DNA of 64,000 bases, from NCBI GenBank assembly GCA_963790475.1, contig CAWBOS010000011.1, positions 224,001 through 288,000 on the forward strand, given 5' to 3'. The position numbers were made by a program, and so were the translations under genes. The stretch is from an uncultured delta proteobacterium (GTDB lineage: Bacteria > Desulfobacterota > RBG-13-43-22). Position 1 is the first letter of the stretch. Each line of letters begins with the position of its first letter. This document shows, piece by piece, positions 40,640-51,064 of the stretch. The notes under the pieces were generated by a model that saw only the letters and a list, made by a program, of their open reading frames with translations, was not told the origin of the DNA and ran no database searches.

Positions 40640-40906
40640 GTGTTCGAGTGGGACCCAAACAAAGACCGACTGAACCAGAAAAAGCACGGAGTGGGTTTCG
40701 CGGATACCTTCGCCGTATTTGAAGATCCGAACGCTCTCACCATGGAAGACTACGAACACGGTGAAGAACGTCAGGTGACTGTCGGAATGGATTGCTTCGG
40801 CAGAATTCTTGTCGTGGTTTATCGGTGGCGTGACGAAAACATCCGAATCATATCTGCGAGGAAAGCAACAAGATCAGAGGTAAAAGGCTATGAAACTCAA
40901 TTATGA
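40640..40906 (+). CDS. BrnT-family toxin
   Basis: FEWDPNK...N.KKHGV.F, EER and IRIISARKAT. Confidence 0.9.
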   Translation: MFEWDPNKDRLNQKKHGVGFADTFAVFEDPNALTMEDYEHGEERQVTVGMDCFGRILVVVYRWRDENIRIISARKATRSEVKGYETQL

Positions 40907-41144
40907 TTTTAGTAAGGCTCGGCGGGGAGCAGTGATTCCTCCCTCGGGCAACAAAGTCAGGATTACCATTCGACTGGACAGGGACATTATAGAATGGTTC
41001 AAGTCGCGGGTGGAAGAATCTGGGGGCGGAAATTATCAGACCCTGCTTAACAATGCCCTCCATGAATACATCACGAATCGGGACGAGACTATCGAAAAGG
41101 TCCTTCGACGAGTTGTCCGCGAGGAATTGCATGCTGTCCGCTGA
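40890..41144 (+). CDS. BrnA-family antitoxin
   Basis: YDFSKA, ITIRLD.DII.WFK and YQTLLN.AL. Confidence 0.9.
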   Translation: MKLNYDFSKARRGAVIPPSGNKVRITIRLDRDIIEWFKSRVEESGGGNYQTLLNNALHEYITNRDETIEKVLRRVVREELHAVR

Positions 41145-41201
41145 GGCAAAGGCGAACCAAGGCAGAAAACAAAGGGGACCGACCCCTTCTACAATTGTTA
41201 C

Positions 41202-41338
41202 ATGTACGACTGTCTGACCGATGGAATTTTGCAGGTCCGCCGGGGCCTGGTCCAAGTCAGGCCCGGCTATGATGGGGTTTATGGGCAGGTAAAAATTTCC
41301 CGAAATGATAGACCTTCCATAAAATCCTCTCCGCAACA
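41202..41338 (+). repeat. Repeat A, copy 3 (endoQ 3' coding part only)
   Basis: Reads MYDCLTDGILQVRRGLVQVRPGYDGVYGQVKISRND. Confidence 0.9.
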
Positions 41339-41600
41339 CCAAGAGTGGCTTTACGCGGGGAGCCGATGGCTGGCGGCAACGGGTCGGCCTGATAGGCGCG
41401 TAGAAGGCCAAGCAGACCCTGACCTCTGTAGGAAACATTTGTTATTTCCTCTGTTTTTTTGTATAATTAAAATGGCTTAAAATCGGGAGGTTAGGATAGT
41501 CAAAATTAGGAGGGTTTTTCCCGCACGAATGTGGTAAAAAATGAAGGACATTGTCATTAATAAAATTATGGCTTAAAACTTGACGGAGGAGGTTATCTAA

Positions 41601-41786
41601 ATGGAAGACCTTACGCCCAAACAGATTCGTCAAATGTTCCGAGATTTCGGCCTGGAAGGAGAAGAGCAACGAGAATCATTTCGCCCACTGGCCCCACCCA
41701 CAGGAGAAGACACTAAAGCGTCGGGGCAATTGTTCATTCGTATCGTGCCGTCGACTTCTCTCGAAGAGGAGCAAGAGTATGCCTAA
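41601..41786 (+). CDS. Small acidic hypothetical protein
   Basis: Strong SD ggaggagg; 61 aa; stop overlaps the protease start. Confidence 0.6.
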   Translation: MEDLTPKQIRQMFRDFGLEGEEQRESFRPLAPPTGEDTKASGQLFIRIVPSTSLEEEQEYA

Positions 41787-42720
41787 CTGGAACACCATCC
41801 TGGAAGATATTAGAAAACGCGGTGGTACTCATGACGTTGTACGACGTGAGTATTTGTACAAACTACATAAATTGACCGGACGCAATGTCATTGTGTACTA
41901 CTCAGGATGGCTCCAGAAGCCTGGGTTATTGGGTTCTGACATCAACGACGCAGACAAAAATGGGTTTATGACTGCAATCCATCAACTGGATCGCTCAAAA
42001 GGACTTGATCTTATCTTACATACGCCTGGCGGAGGAACGGCAGCTACAGAGTCTCTGGTTGATTATCTCTACTCTATGTTCAATACGAATATAAGAGCTA
42101 TTGTCCCGCAGATTGCATTGTCCGCTGGCACAATGATCGCTTGCGCCTGTCGCGAGATTCTTATGGGTAAACATTCTAGCCTCGGACCAATTGATCCCCA
42201 ATTTGGCAACGTTCCTGCCCATGGAATCATTGAAGAATTTAAGCGCGCCCACGAAGAAATCAAAGCCGACCCCTCCAAAATCCCAGTATGGCAACCTATC
42301 ATTGCAAAGTACCAGCCCACCCTAGTTGGCGAGTGTGAGAAGGCTATTAAATGGTCTATCAATATGACCCGGGAGTGGTTGCTCCGGGGCATGCTTGCAG
42401 GAAAGCCTGATGCTGAAGCAAAGGCTGATGCCATCTTAAATGAACTCGTTGATCATTCGCTCACATTATCTCATGCACGGCACCTTTCCGCGAGCAAATG
42501 TAAAAGTATCGGTCTTGAAGTTGTCATGCTTGAAGATGATCATAAACTCCAGGAAGCGGTGCTTTCAGTGCACCATGCCCTGATTCACACACTTTCCGCA
42601 ACCGGGGCATTCAAAATTATCGAGAACCATAAGGGTGTAGCTTTTATTCTGATATTTCAGCCTGCTATCGTTCAAGGTCCCGGGGGTAAACAACAATTAG
42701 CAGAAGCTCCAATGGCATAA
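41779..42720 (+). CDS. SDH_sah/S49-type ClpP-fold serine protease
   Basis: LDLILHTPGG, ALSAGTMIA, SSLGPIDPQ and SHAR. Confidence 0.85.
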   Translation: MPNWNTILEDIRKRGGTHDVVRREYLYKLHKLTGRNVIVYYSGWLQKPGLLGSDINDADKNGFMTAIHQLDRSKGLDLILHTPGGGTAATESLVDYLYSMFNTNIRAIVPQIALSAGTMIACACREILMGKHSSLGPIDPQFGNVPAHGIIEEFKRAHEEIKADPSKIPVWQPIIAKYQPTLVGECEKAIKWSINMTREWLLRGMLAGKPDAEAKADAILNELVDHSLTLSHARHLSASKCKSIGLEVVMLEDDHKLQEAVLSVHHALIHTLSATGAFKIIENHKGVAFILIFQPAIVQGPGGKQQLAEAPMA

Positions 42721-42825
42721 CGATAACGCCCACTCTACCGCCCTATAAGCCCTTGAGCCTTGAGGCGCCCTACTACTTTTCTAAAATTTACCTCAATTAA
42801 ACATGAAAAATAAAACTGTAAAGGG

Positions 42826-42930
42826 GTCTCCGATTGACTTATTAAACCGATACAGGGACTAAAGGAACATGAGCAGGCCACTGTGGATAGAATATGAGGG
42901 AGCCCGATATCATGTGATGAACCAAGGGAA
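42826..42930 (+). pseudogene. Repeat C, copy 2 (RAYT 5' stub)
   Basis: MSRPLWIEYEGARYHVMNQG, joined almost directly to a repeat A tail. Confidence 0.75.
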
Positions 42931-42937
42931 GGCGGTT

Positions 42938-43092
42938 GCATCCCCCGGAGATCCTTTCTTTCAATGGTCCCAGTTCCGCTCTCCCATCTTCCGTCCCTGT
43001 CTAATTTTTTTGCCACCGGACGATGAACGCTCAACACCGAACATCTTCTCCTTTTTTCCTTGCCCCTCTCCCCTCTTTTCTTTTTAGTAAAC
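42938..43092 (+). repeat. Repeat A tail-only copy
   Basis: tccccggagatcc...gacgatgaacgctcaac...tagtaaac matches 29164-29300. Confidence 0.8.
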
Positions 43093-43135
43093 GTTCCTGT
43101 CAAACGGCGGACTTCAAAAAAAAATTTCTTAGGGC

Positions 43136-44002
43136 TCAATATTTCTTTTTAGCCTGTTCATTGAAAGGACCGTCACGAAATTCCAGCCAGCCCTTGAATC
43201 CCTTTTCCCGGGAGTGTTTGGATGCTTCGGCATTCCAGTCTGCGGACTCCTTGGTGGCATGGGTCATCTGGTGCCAGACATATTGATATTCAAAAGCCAT
43301 GGCCATTCCCATAAAGTCCTGGGCCTTGTTCATGGCGCGTTTGGTCAGGGCCACGGAAACCGGGGGCATCAGGGCAATCCGCTCAGCCAGTTTCAGGGCC
43401 TCGGCATCCAACCGATCATTCGCCACGATCCGGTTAATCATGCCCAGGCGCTCTGCCTCTTCCAGAGGAATAATATCCCCGGTCCACAGGTATTCCTTGG
43501 TCTTCCGGAAGCCTATCTCAAAGGGAAGAACCATCACTTCCCCGCCGCTGCCGCAATGGCGGATCGAGGGATTCCATAGCCGGGTATCCTCGGCCGCAAT
43601 AATGATATCACACATACAGGCCAGCATGATTCCCCCCAGCACCACGTTGCCTTTGATAGCGGCGATGGTAGGTTTTTTCAGATTTCGGATGGCCAGGCAT
43701 TTACTCAAATAATATTCATCCTCCAACTCCAGACGATCTTCAACACTTCTGCGGTGACGTTCCCGATAGTCCTGCTGGAGTTCATCACCGGGGATAGGAC
43801 TCAAATCATGCCCGCTGGAAAAGGATTTTCCGGCCCCGCACAGGATAATCACCCGGATGTTCGGATCCCGATCCGCCTTTTGGGCCGCCTCATCGAGCTC
43901 CAGAATCAACCTGGCGTTCTGGGCATTGTGGGTCTCCGGCCGGTTGAGCGTAATCCGGACCACAGGACCTATTTCCTCATAAAGTATAGCCTGCCTTTCC
44001 AT
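43136..44002 (-). CDS. Enoyl-CoA hydratase/isomerase family protein
   Basis: ITLNRPE..NA, FSSGHDL and KPTIAAI.G...GG; SD aggagg. Confidence 0.9.
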   Translation of the reverse strand: MERQAILYEEIGPVVRITLNRPETHNAQNARLILELDEAAQKADRDPNIRVIILCGAGKSFSSGHDLSPIPGDELQQDYRERHRRSVEDRLELEDEYYLSKCLAIRNLKKPTIAAIKGNVVLGGIMLACMCDIIIAAEDTRLWNPSIRHCGSGGEVMVLPFEIGFRKTKEYLWTGDIIPLEEAERLGMINRIVANDRLDAEALKLAERIALMPPVSVALTKRAMNKAQDFMGMAMAFEYQYVWHQMTHATKESADWNAEASKHSREKGFKGWLEFRDGPFNEQAKKKY

Positions 44003-44379
44003 CGTTTTCCTCCTTTGATTATTAGATTTACCCCCCCTGGAGTTGATCACCGAATCGACAGGCTCGGTTGTCTGTCCGTCCCGCGCCGCCGAAAACTCGC
44101 CGGTGCATCTTTTCTCCTACACATCAGCTATATACCTTTGCAAGGTCCTCTGTCACGACAATTTATAGAGGCCGCAAGGCATGGTGGCCTTCATAAAACC
44201 TCTCATAATAAAGCGGACCATTGCAGGCCATATTGCCGGTGGCTTCCAGACGCAATCTGCCGACGGGCCCGTCCTTATTCGCAAAACATTTCGGATTTAT
44301 CATCCTTCCAGATGCTATCAAAGGATTGTTTTGATGAGTGAAGGTGGTCCCCAACAATTGGTCAATGTTCACGTTTCCC

Positions 44380-45288
44380 CTATTTTATTTTCCAGTTTCG
44401 GTAGGCCCGGAGGGGCAGGATAAGACCAAAGAATGGAATCATATACATGGCGGCCACTGTGGGCTCCAGGGGTGTGAAGAATTGAGAGCTAAAAACGATT
44501 ACGAGCACATTGTTCATGATGCCAAGGCTAATGATTGCGGCCAATTGATCCTGCAATGGCCTCCCCCAAGCCAGAATAAGGCCTGATAATAGATAGAGGC
44601 CGCCGAGAATGATCGCCACCAGGATCGATACCGCGATTGTCCCAGGTCTTTGATAGAAAAAGTCAGAGTATTTGGAAAATATTCCCAAGTTGGTCAAAGC
44701 AAAAAGAACCAAAGCGATATAATACTGGTTCTTCATCAATGTCTGAGTAAGTCCCTCCGAAAACTTTCTAACCCCTTCAGCCAGTAAAATGGGAATGAAG
44801 ATGACCATAGACAAAAGCCTGATCATGCTTAATAGAGAAATATCCAGCGCCTTTCCGAAAAGAAAATCCACGAGCGCAGGGAGAGTGAAAGGAACCAGGA
44901 GCGACGATATGATGACCATGACGAGAACGACGGATGTGTTGGCTCCAAGAAGATTCGAGATGAAGGGCGCAACAACACCAGTGGATATCCCGCTCAAAAG
45001 CAAGGCAGACAAAGCATATTCGGGCCATATAATTTTGAATAGGATAGCGATCGTCAATGGCAGGAGGATCATTCGTATGACCAGAAAAAGCGAGATTTCC
45101 CCGAGAGATTCTGTCAGGGTCTTCTTAATGTCGGCAATGCGAAGAGGAAGAAAACTAAGAAATAGGAGGGTCATCATGGAATAAAAAGGGACGGGCTGAA
45201 AAATAGAGCTAAAACCAGGGGAAAAGATTCCTGTAAGAATGGATGAATAGATCACCACTAAGAGAATCGCATCTTTTGCACGAAACAT
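44380..45288 (-). CDS. Bile acid:sodium symporter family membrane protein
   Basis: Multi-TM 302-aa protein with LLGAN, SSLLVPFTLP and GIMNN. Confidence 0.7.
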   Translation of the reverse strand: MFRAKDAILLVVIYSSILTGIFSPGFSSIFQPVPFYSMMTLLFLSFLPLRIADIKKTLTESLGEISLFLVIRMILLPLTIAILFKIIWPEYALSALLLSGISTGVVAPFISNLLGANTSVVLVMVIISSLLVPFTLPALVDFLFGKALDISLLSMIRLLSMVIFIPILLAEGVRKFSEGLTQTLMKNQYYIALVLFALTNLGIFSKYSDFFYQRPGTIAVSILVAIILGGLYLLSGLILAWGRPLQDQLAAIISLGIMNNVLVIVFSSQFFTPLEPTVAAMYMIPFFGLILPLRAYRNWKIK

Positions 45289-45754
45289 CCTTTAACCTCT
45301 CCCTCCTCTATCCAACGACAATAGAAGAGCGATTTCCGACCTTTGTTCAGACAATAAGGAGTCTTTTTGGGGAGTCAGAGATTACGGGATTGGGTCTTGT
45401 GTGTCAAGACAAAATCAATCCACGATGTCGGGCGGTTTTACCTATCGAGATATTAGTCATTTGTTGGGTGTTGATTTTCTCAAACTGATATTTAGTAAAA
45501 TTCGCTTACTACATTGAAGGAACCCCAAACCATCGATTCTCATTCTTCTTTTGATGTCCTTCTTCCAGGGCAAAATGGACATTCAGTTCCATGGCTTCTG
45601 TTGTTGATAATCGCTTTCCATTCATGACCTCTCGAACAGATCCACCAAACTATTATGGAATGACTTAGGATTAAAGCAAAGGGAATCTCTGGCGATTAAA
45701 AGCGAAATAATCGAAAAAGGATGTTAAGAGATTGAGTTGCAAGAGCAGGAAATT

Positions 45755-45787
45755 AAAAAAGGGGGAATAGTTTAATATCCCCCCTTT
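45755..45787 (-). terminator. Intrinsic terminator of the small exported protein gene
   Basis: aaaggggga...tccccccttt stem followed by a U tract on the minus strand. Confidence 0.65.
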
Positions 45788-45808
45788 GTGGAAATTTATG
45801 AAAAGAGA

Positions 45809-46027
45809 TTATTTCTTTTCCGCAGGAGCTGCAGGAGCTTCTTCTTTCTTTTCTTCCTTCTTCACTTTGGCTTTCTTTACCACCTTTTTCTTTGCTGCCT
45901 TTTTCTTCACCGGGGCCTTTTCTTCAGCCTTGGCCGGTTCAGAAGCAGCCTTTTCCTCAGCGGCGAAAGCAAAGGAAACCGTCATCGCGAAAGCCATTGC
46001 CATAAGCAACGTAATCATCTTCTTCAT
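45809..46027 (-). CDS. Small exported Ala/Lys/Glu-rich low-complexity protein
   Basis: Signal peptide ending AFA; SD aaggaggtg; own promoter and terminator. Confidence 0.75.
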   Translation of the reverse strand: MKKMITLLMAMAFAMTVSFAFAAEEKAASEPAKAEEKAPVKKKAAKKKVVKKAKVKKEEKKEEAPAAPAEKK

Positions 46028-46102
46028 ATCGATTCACCTCCTTATTTAGTAAAATTTATCAGCAATTTTTTGATATTTTTTTGAATGCTTATATTTTATT
46101 AA

Positions 46103-46118
46103 GGCATAATTCATGCCA
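46103..46118 (-). promoter_or_regulatory. Sigma54 promoter
   Basis: Minus strand TGGCATGAATTATGCC (GG-N10-GC). Confidence 0.6.
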
Positions 46119-46513
46119 ATATAATTAATAACGTTTTTACAATAAGTTGGATAAAATAGGGTTTTTTTGAAAGGGAAATATTGCAAATCTTGGGAAATAT
46201 CTGGAAACTTATCTTAGAATTTATAATTTCTGGAAAGTAATTATTATAAGACCGCCCCGGGGATTGGAATATACGGCCGTGGTCATTCCCATTCTCATTC
46301 AGCACTATATCTCCTTTCAGAGAAACAGGACCTATACCGGGGCTACCAGGGGGAAAAAGTTGGTATTAAAAGGGTCAACTCTCCGGTTCCTGAAAAACAA
46401 GAGGTTAAAAAAGAGCTATGAGATTTTAAGGAAAGGTTTAATAATAGGTCAAATGGAGAACCTGACCCCTTTTTAACACCATAAATTCAAATGCTAAATA
46501 CAAGGAGGTAGAA

Positions 46514-46723
46514 ATGGGCAATCGTCTTAAGGATAAAATTGCCATCATAGAAAAGAAAACGATCAGAGAAATTCGGGATGGTCTTGTCCCATTGAAGGGC
46601 GGGCAGGGAACTGCCTGGGACACGGCCTATGCCGCTCTTTTCCTGGCATCCGATGAAGCAAAGTTTATTACTTCAATCTATCTGCCTGTCGACGGGGGAC
46701 AATGTGCGAAAATCGGGTCATGA
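46514..46723 (+). pseudogene. Internally deleted SDR oxidoreductase
   Basis: N-terminal [12 protein letters not shown] fused to C-terminal [16 protein letters not shown]...VDGG; the core is missing. Confidence 0.8.
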
Positions 46724-46848
46724 AACGGGTTGGGAGTTGATTGGAGATTAAGAATATTATAATGATGTGTTAAAATCAAAGACCTTGAAGGGGTTGGTCT
46801 CGTCCGCCCCCCCCCAGGATCCAAGACCCAAGAACATAAGGAGATAGG

Positions 46849-47892
46849 ATGGGCAAACAGCAGCAAATTACCGAACCATGTGAACTTCTCGACGAAAACG
46901 GGTTGTTGACAAAACCGGGGTATGCCACAAGGGCCTTCTGGCGCTATGACCGAAACAAAATCAAGGCTGGCTGGTATCGGATTAAGGAATGGGATTATTA
47001 TGCGGTCCTTTGCCAGGAAGAAGGATTCGGTATCAGCTTTGCCATGGCCGATCTGGGTTATATCGGGTCGGCCGGCGTCGGTTGGCTTGATTTTAAGGAA
47101 AAAAACTACAGGCATATCGGATCGACGTTGAATTTACCCAAAGGGAAAATGGGATTCCCTTCAACCCCGGATAAAGGAGAAGTGGCCTTCGCCGACAAAA
47201 AGATAAGGCTCAAGTATATCGTGTCCGGCCCCGAAAGGATTATTCAGGTTGAAGCGCCGGGGTTCATCGATAATAAAGGGCGAAAGGGTCTCAAAGGAGA
47301 GCTGAGATTATACCAAGACCCGGAAATGGACAGCATGGTCATCGCCACTTCCTGGGAGGAAAATCGAAAGGCTTTTTATTACAATCAAAAAACTAATTGT
47401 ATGCCGGCCAGGGGAACCATTACCATAGGCGACCGGCCGTACGAGTTCAATCCGCAATCCTGTTTCGGGGTACTGGACTGGGGGCGGGGGAACTGGACCT
47501 ATAAAAACAGGTGGTATTGGGGATCGGCCTCGGGTCTGCTCAATGGGCACCCCTTCGGCTGGAATATCGGCTATGGTTTCAGCGATCGTTCACCGGCCAC
47601 GGAAAATATGCTGTTTTATGATAATAAGGCTCACAAACTGGAAGAGGTGGCTTTTCATATCAACACCGACGATTACCTGGCACCCTGGAAATTTGCCAGC
47701 AACGACGGGCGGTTTGAGATGGACTTCACTCCTATTCTTGACCGGCATGCCGCTTCGGAAATTTTGTTTTTAAAGACCGTTCAACACCAAGTCTTCGGGA
47801 CCTTCGATGGTAAGGCGGTGCTTGACGACGGAACGGTACTTCAAGTCTCCAATTTCCTCGGGTTTGCCGAAGATGTATTGAACTGGTGGTGA
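46849..47892 (+). CDS. DUF2804-like protein
   Basis: RIKEWDYY, FYYNQK, LDWGRG.W.Y...WYW and QHQVFG. Confidence 0.8.
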   Translation: MGKQQQITEPCELLDENGLLTKPGYATRAFWRYDRNKIKAGWYRIKEWDYYAVLCQEEGFGISFAMADLGYIGSAGVGWLDFKEKNYRHIGSTLNLPKGKMGFPSTPDKGEVAFADKKIRLKYIVSGPERIIQVEAPGFIDNKGRKGLKGELRLYQDPEMDSMVIATSWEENRKAFYYNQKTNCMPARGTITIGDRPYEFNPQSCFGVLDWGRGNWTYKNRWYWGSASGLLNGHPFGWNIGYGFSDRSPATENMLFYDNKAHKLEEVAFHINTDDYLAPWKFASNDGRFEMDFTPILDRHAASEILFLKTVQHQVFGTFDGKAVLDDGTVLQVSNFLGFAEDVLNWW

Positions 47893-47919
47893 TTTTTTAC
47901 ATAGTAATAATTGGGTTAA

Positions 47920-48068
47920 GTCTCCGGTTGACTTATAAACCGATATGGATACCAAAGGAATATGAGGGAACCTGGTATCATGTGATGAACCAGGGGAGGA
48001 GATCGGATCGGATTTTTAAAGACCGGAACGATTATCGGTTGTTGATTGACTTGATGGAGGATATAACC
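47920..48068 (+). pseudogene. Repeat C, copy 3 (RAYT 5' stub with internal deletion)
   Basis: EYEGTWYHVMNQGRRSDRIFKDRNDY; deletion between two gaatatgag-like direct repeats. Confidence 0.75.
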
Positions 48069-48266
48069 TGGGGTGCCCTGCTTTGACGAGATTGACGATT
48101 TAGCTGAGGGAGGGAAGACAAAAACAAAATGCAAAAAAATGGACCCCCGACTGTGAACTTCATTGAACGGCTGTCTCGGCCCCTGCCAGAAACCAAGACA
48201 AGGCCGTCTTCAAAGACCGCCAAGACTGTGAATTTTTTCTTGAGGTAAAAAGCTAAACATTATAGA

Positions 48267-48335
48267 TCCGCCCTCCATGTTCTGTCCCGGTGTTAAGATT
48301 TTTTCTCCTGACGACGAACGATGAACGCGCAACGG
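48267..48335 (+). repeat. Repeat A tail, degenerate copy
   Basis: tccgccctccatgttc...gaacgatgaacgcgcaacg. Confidence 0.6.
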
Positions 48336-48450
48336 TGAGCGTCTCAGATTTTCCTGGCTTTTCCGTTTCCTTTGTTGTTTAATAAGTTTGTTTTCTTGAA
48401 TATAAAGAAAAAAATTACCCGGAGATTCTTCATCCTTTTTTGGAGGCAAA

Positions 48451-48650
48451 TCCTAACCCTTTATGGGAAACTTATCGCGCTTATGTGAAAAAAAATACCC
48501 CAAAGAGAGAAAATGAGGAGACAAAAAAAGTAATTCAGGACCGAGACTTGAAAGGGGATGATTCATTTTATGAACCTATTTGATACGTAAGACTTTAAAA
48601 AAAGTTTAAGTTTTTTGAAACAGAGATAAATGGCATAAAAACTGCTTTAT
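48451..48650 (+). repeat. Repeat D, copy 2
   Basis: Colinear with 29461-29670. Confidence 0.7.
48631..48646 (+). promoter_or_regulatory. Sigma54 promoter
   Basis: TGGCATAAAAACTGCT (GG-N10-GC). Confidence 0.65.
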
Positions 48651-48839
48651 TAATTAGTATCTATCTTCAGAGGTTTCCTTTCCGAATGAATAAGTATTCA
48701 GCCTTTTTAGCTGTTTTTAATCTGTTTTATTTTGGATTAGCAGTAGCAAGAGTCAAACGTAAGCTTAATCCCTTTATTGGCACATTAGGTCTCCCGCCTG
48801 TTATGAATAGACATAGTCGGGGGAGATTGTTCTGCCCAT

Positions 48840-50999
48840 TTGGAACCTATTAAATTATTAATGAATAAGCCAGGAATCAGACCAGGGATCGGTAAGATCA
48901 TTGAGGTCCGGAATTTATTGGAGGAAGAAGAAACCAAGGGCCGTGATCTGACCTATGGGAATTTATTTGAATTGGTCCGATTATTAACCGAAGGAGAACT
49001 GGAGAGAGGATTCAACAATGCCAAAAAGATCCCCCGCAAAAAACTGATCGACCTTCTCAATTATTTCAATTTCTCTGAGAGAGAATTTTTAGTTGTTTTC
49101 AGTCATCCCCAATACGATGAGATCGTAACCCGGGCCATCAAACCCCAGCCCTGTCAGGAAGGCACCATTTCCGGCCTATGGGCCCGCCCGGGGGACTATA
49201 GTGAATCTTTGAAAGATTTCGAAGTGCTTTGTTTTCTGATTGAAAACGAGAGAGAAATCCTTTTGGCCCAATCGCGGCGCGTCGAAATAGATGAGCAGGG
49301 GATTGGGTTGACCTTGCCGGAATTCGGTTTTGAAATCATTATACGGAAAACCAATCGATACCCCTGCCATCAGGTTCAGGCGGAATTGATTCAAAACGGG
49401 ATTCTTTTCCCAGGGCGTCTGGATGTCTTCAGCGTCAACTCTTTTCGGGTGGAAGTCTTTTCCGAAGAAGGAAAATCTTTAAAATGGATTAATTCCGAAT
49501 ATCCTGTCCAAATCATTCTAAAGGATCGAGAAGAAATTTTATATTCCCGGCAGTGTAAAATAGTCAAGCAGAGGGAAAATCTTAATACGAAAACTTTAGT
49601 ATTGGAACCCAACCATGAACCTATCCATAGATTCAAACGAAGAGAGTTTCGTGCCTCGAGAACAACCCTGCATCCGTCCCCCGGGGTTTATTGCCTTCAC
49701 CCATTGATTAAGAGACTAATAAAATTTAATGTCTGCGATATATCGACTTCCGGTTTCTCCGTGGAAGAAGAAGGGGGATCCTCCACACTTCTGCCGGGAA
49801 TGATCATTCCCGACCTTCAAATCGAGCTGGCCAATACCGCCACCTTATCCTGCAAAGCCCAGGTCATTTATCAAAATAAAATGGAAGACACGGTTGTCAA
49901 ATCCGGCTTTACTATTTTAAATATGTCCAATGAAGACTATATTAAATTAACCAACCTGGTCAATAAATCCATGAATATTAATCTGGATATTTGCGGGACC
50001 ATTGAACAGGAATCTTTGTGGCAATTTTTCTTCCAGGCCGGATTTATCTATCCGCAAAAATATCATTATATCCAGCAAAATAAAGAAGATTTTAAAAACA
50101 TTTATAAAAAGATCTATCAAAGTCCGACGGAAATCGAGAGACATGTTACCTACCAGGAGAGGGGAAGCATACTGGGACATATCTCCATGCTCCATGTTTA
50201 CGGTGCCACCTGGATGCTTCACCACTTTGCAGCCACCCCCAGTTCCAGACACAAGAAAGTGGCCTTGACCCTGTTGCAGCAGATCGAACAGTATATCATC
50301 GATTCCCATTATCTTGAATCTACCCGGATGGATAACATCATCTGTTATTTCCGGCCGGAAAACAAGTTCCCCAATCTGGTTTTCGGAGGAGCGGCCAGGG
50401 CGTTAAAAAACCCGAAGATCTGTTCGCTGGATCGTTTTGCCTATATCTCCTACCCCATGATCCTGAGCCCCCATCAAGGGGAACTTCCCGAACCCTGGAC
50501 TATGACCCCGACCGGGCCGAACGATTTGGACGAACTGGCCCATTTTTATAACCATACCTCCGGAGGGCAAATGATCCAAGCCCTTGATCTGTATCCGGAT
50601 ACATTGAAAGACGATCGTTTAAACCAAACCTATCATCGCCTGGGTTTTAAACGGGAACGTCATCTTTTTTCGATCAAAAAGAAAGGCAAGGTCAAGGCTA
50701 TCATAAGCCTGATCAAAACCGATACCGGCTTGAATTTATCGGAATTGACCAATTGTGTAACGCTGTTTGTTTTGGAACCGGAAAGTTTTCCTTTTGAGGT
50801 GTTCTTAAAGACTTTTTCTCAGTTGGGGGTCCATGATGAACGTCAAACGATCCCTGTTTTAATTTATCCTGCCCAATATGCCGAACGTCATGCCATGGCC
50901 TGTGACCGTTTTTATGACCTCTGGGTTTTTGGGGTGGAAAACAGCGATCATTATTTCAATTACGTCAATAAGATCTTTTCGCGCCTTGTTTCTTTATAG
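48840..50999 (+). CDS. Large PilZ-domain-like protein with possible GNAT-like C-terminal region
   Basis: RKTNR and RASR...DISTSGF (RxxxR/DxSxxG); C-terminal GHISM...TWMLHH. Confidence 0.65.
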   Translation: MEPIKLLMNKPGIRPGIGKIIEVRNLLEEEETKGRDLTYGNLFELVRLLTEGELERGFNNAKKIPRKKLIDLLNYFNFSEREFLVVFSHPQYDEIVTRAIKPQPCQEGTISGLWARPGDYSESLKDFEVLCFLIENEREILLAQSRRVEIDEQGIGLTLPEFGFEIIIRKTNRYPCHQVQAELIQNGILFPGRLDVFSVNSFRVEVFSEEGKSLKWINSEYPVQIILKDREEILYSRQCKIVKQRENLNTKTLVLEPNHEPIHRFKRREFRASRTTLHPSPGVYCLHPLIKRLIKFNVCDISTSGFSVEEEGGSSTLLPGMIIPDLQIELANTATLSCKAQVIYQNKMEDTVVKSGFTILNMSNEDYIKLTNLVNKSMNINLDICGTIEQESLWQFFFQAGFIYPQKYHYIQQNKEDFKNIYKKIYQSPTEIERHVTYQERGSILGHISMLHVYGATWMLHHFAATPSSRHKKVALTLLQQIEQYIIDSHYLESTRMDNIICYFRPENKFPNLVFGGAARALKNPKICSLDRFAYISYPMILSPHQGELPEPWTMTPTGPNDLDELAHFYNHTSGGQMIQALDLYPDTLKDDRLNQTYHRLGFKRERHLFSIKKKGKVKAIISLIKTDTGLNLSELTNCVTLFVLEPESFPFEVFLKTFSQLGVHDERQTIPVLIYPAQYAERHAMACDRFYDLWVFGVENSDHYFNYVNKIFSRLVSL

Positions 51000-51064
51000 C
51001 TTGGGGGTCCCCCTCCCCTTTCTCAAGACCTTTGAACAAAGTCCCCAGACCAGAAAATCTTTGG

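Noticed and set aside
40100-42740. Integron attC sites (GTTAGGC near 40117, GCATAAC at the protease stop)
   Set aside because: No paired R''/R' boxes with an intervening palindrome could be built, and there is no intI
44163-44372. 69-aa ORF between the symporter and the enoyl-CoA hydratase
   Set aside because: No family could be assigned; probably a gene remnant
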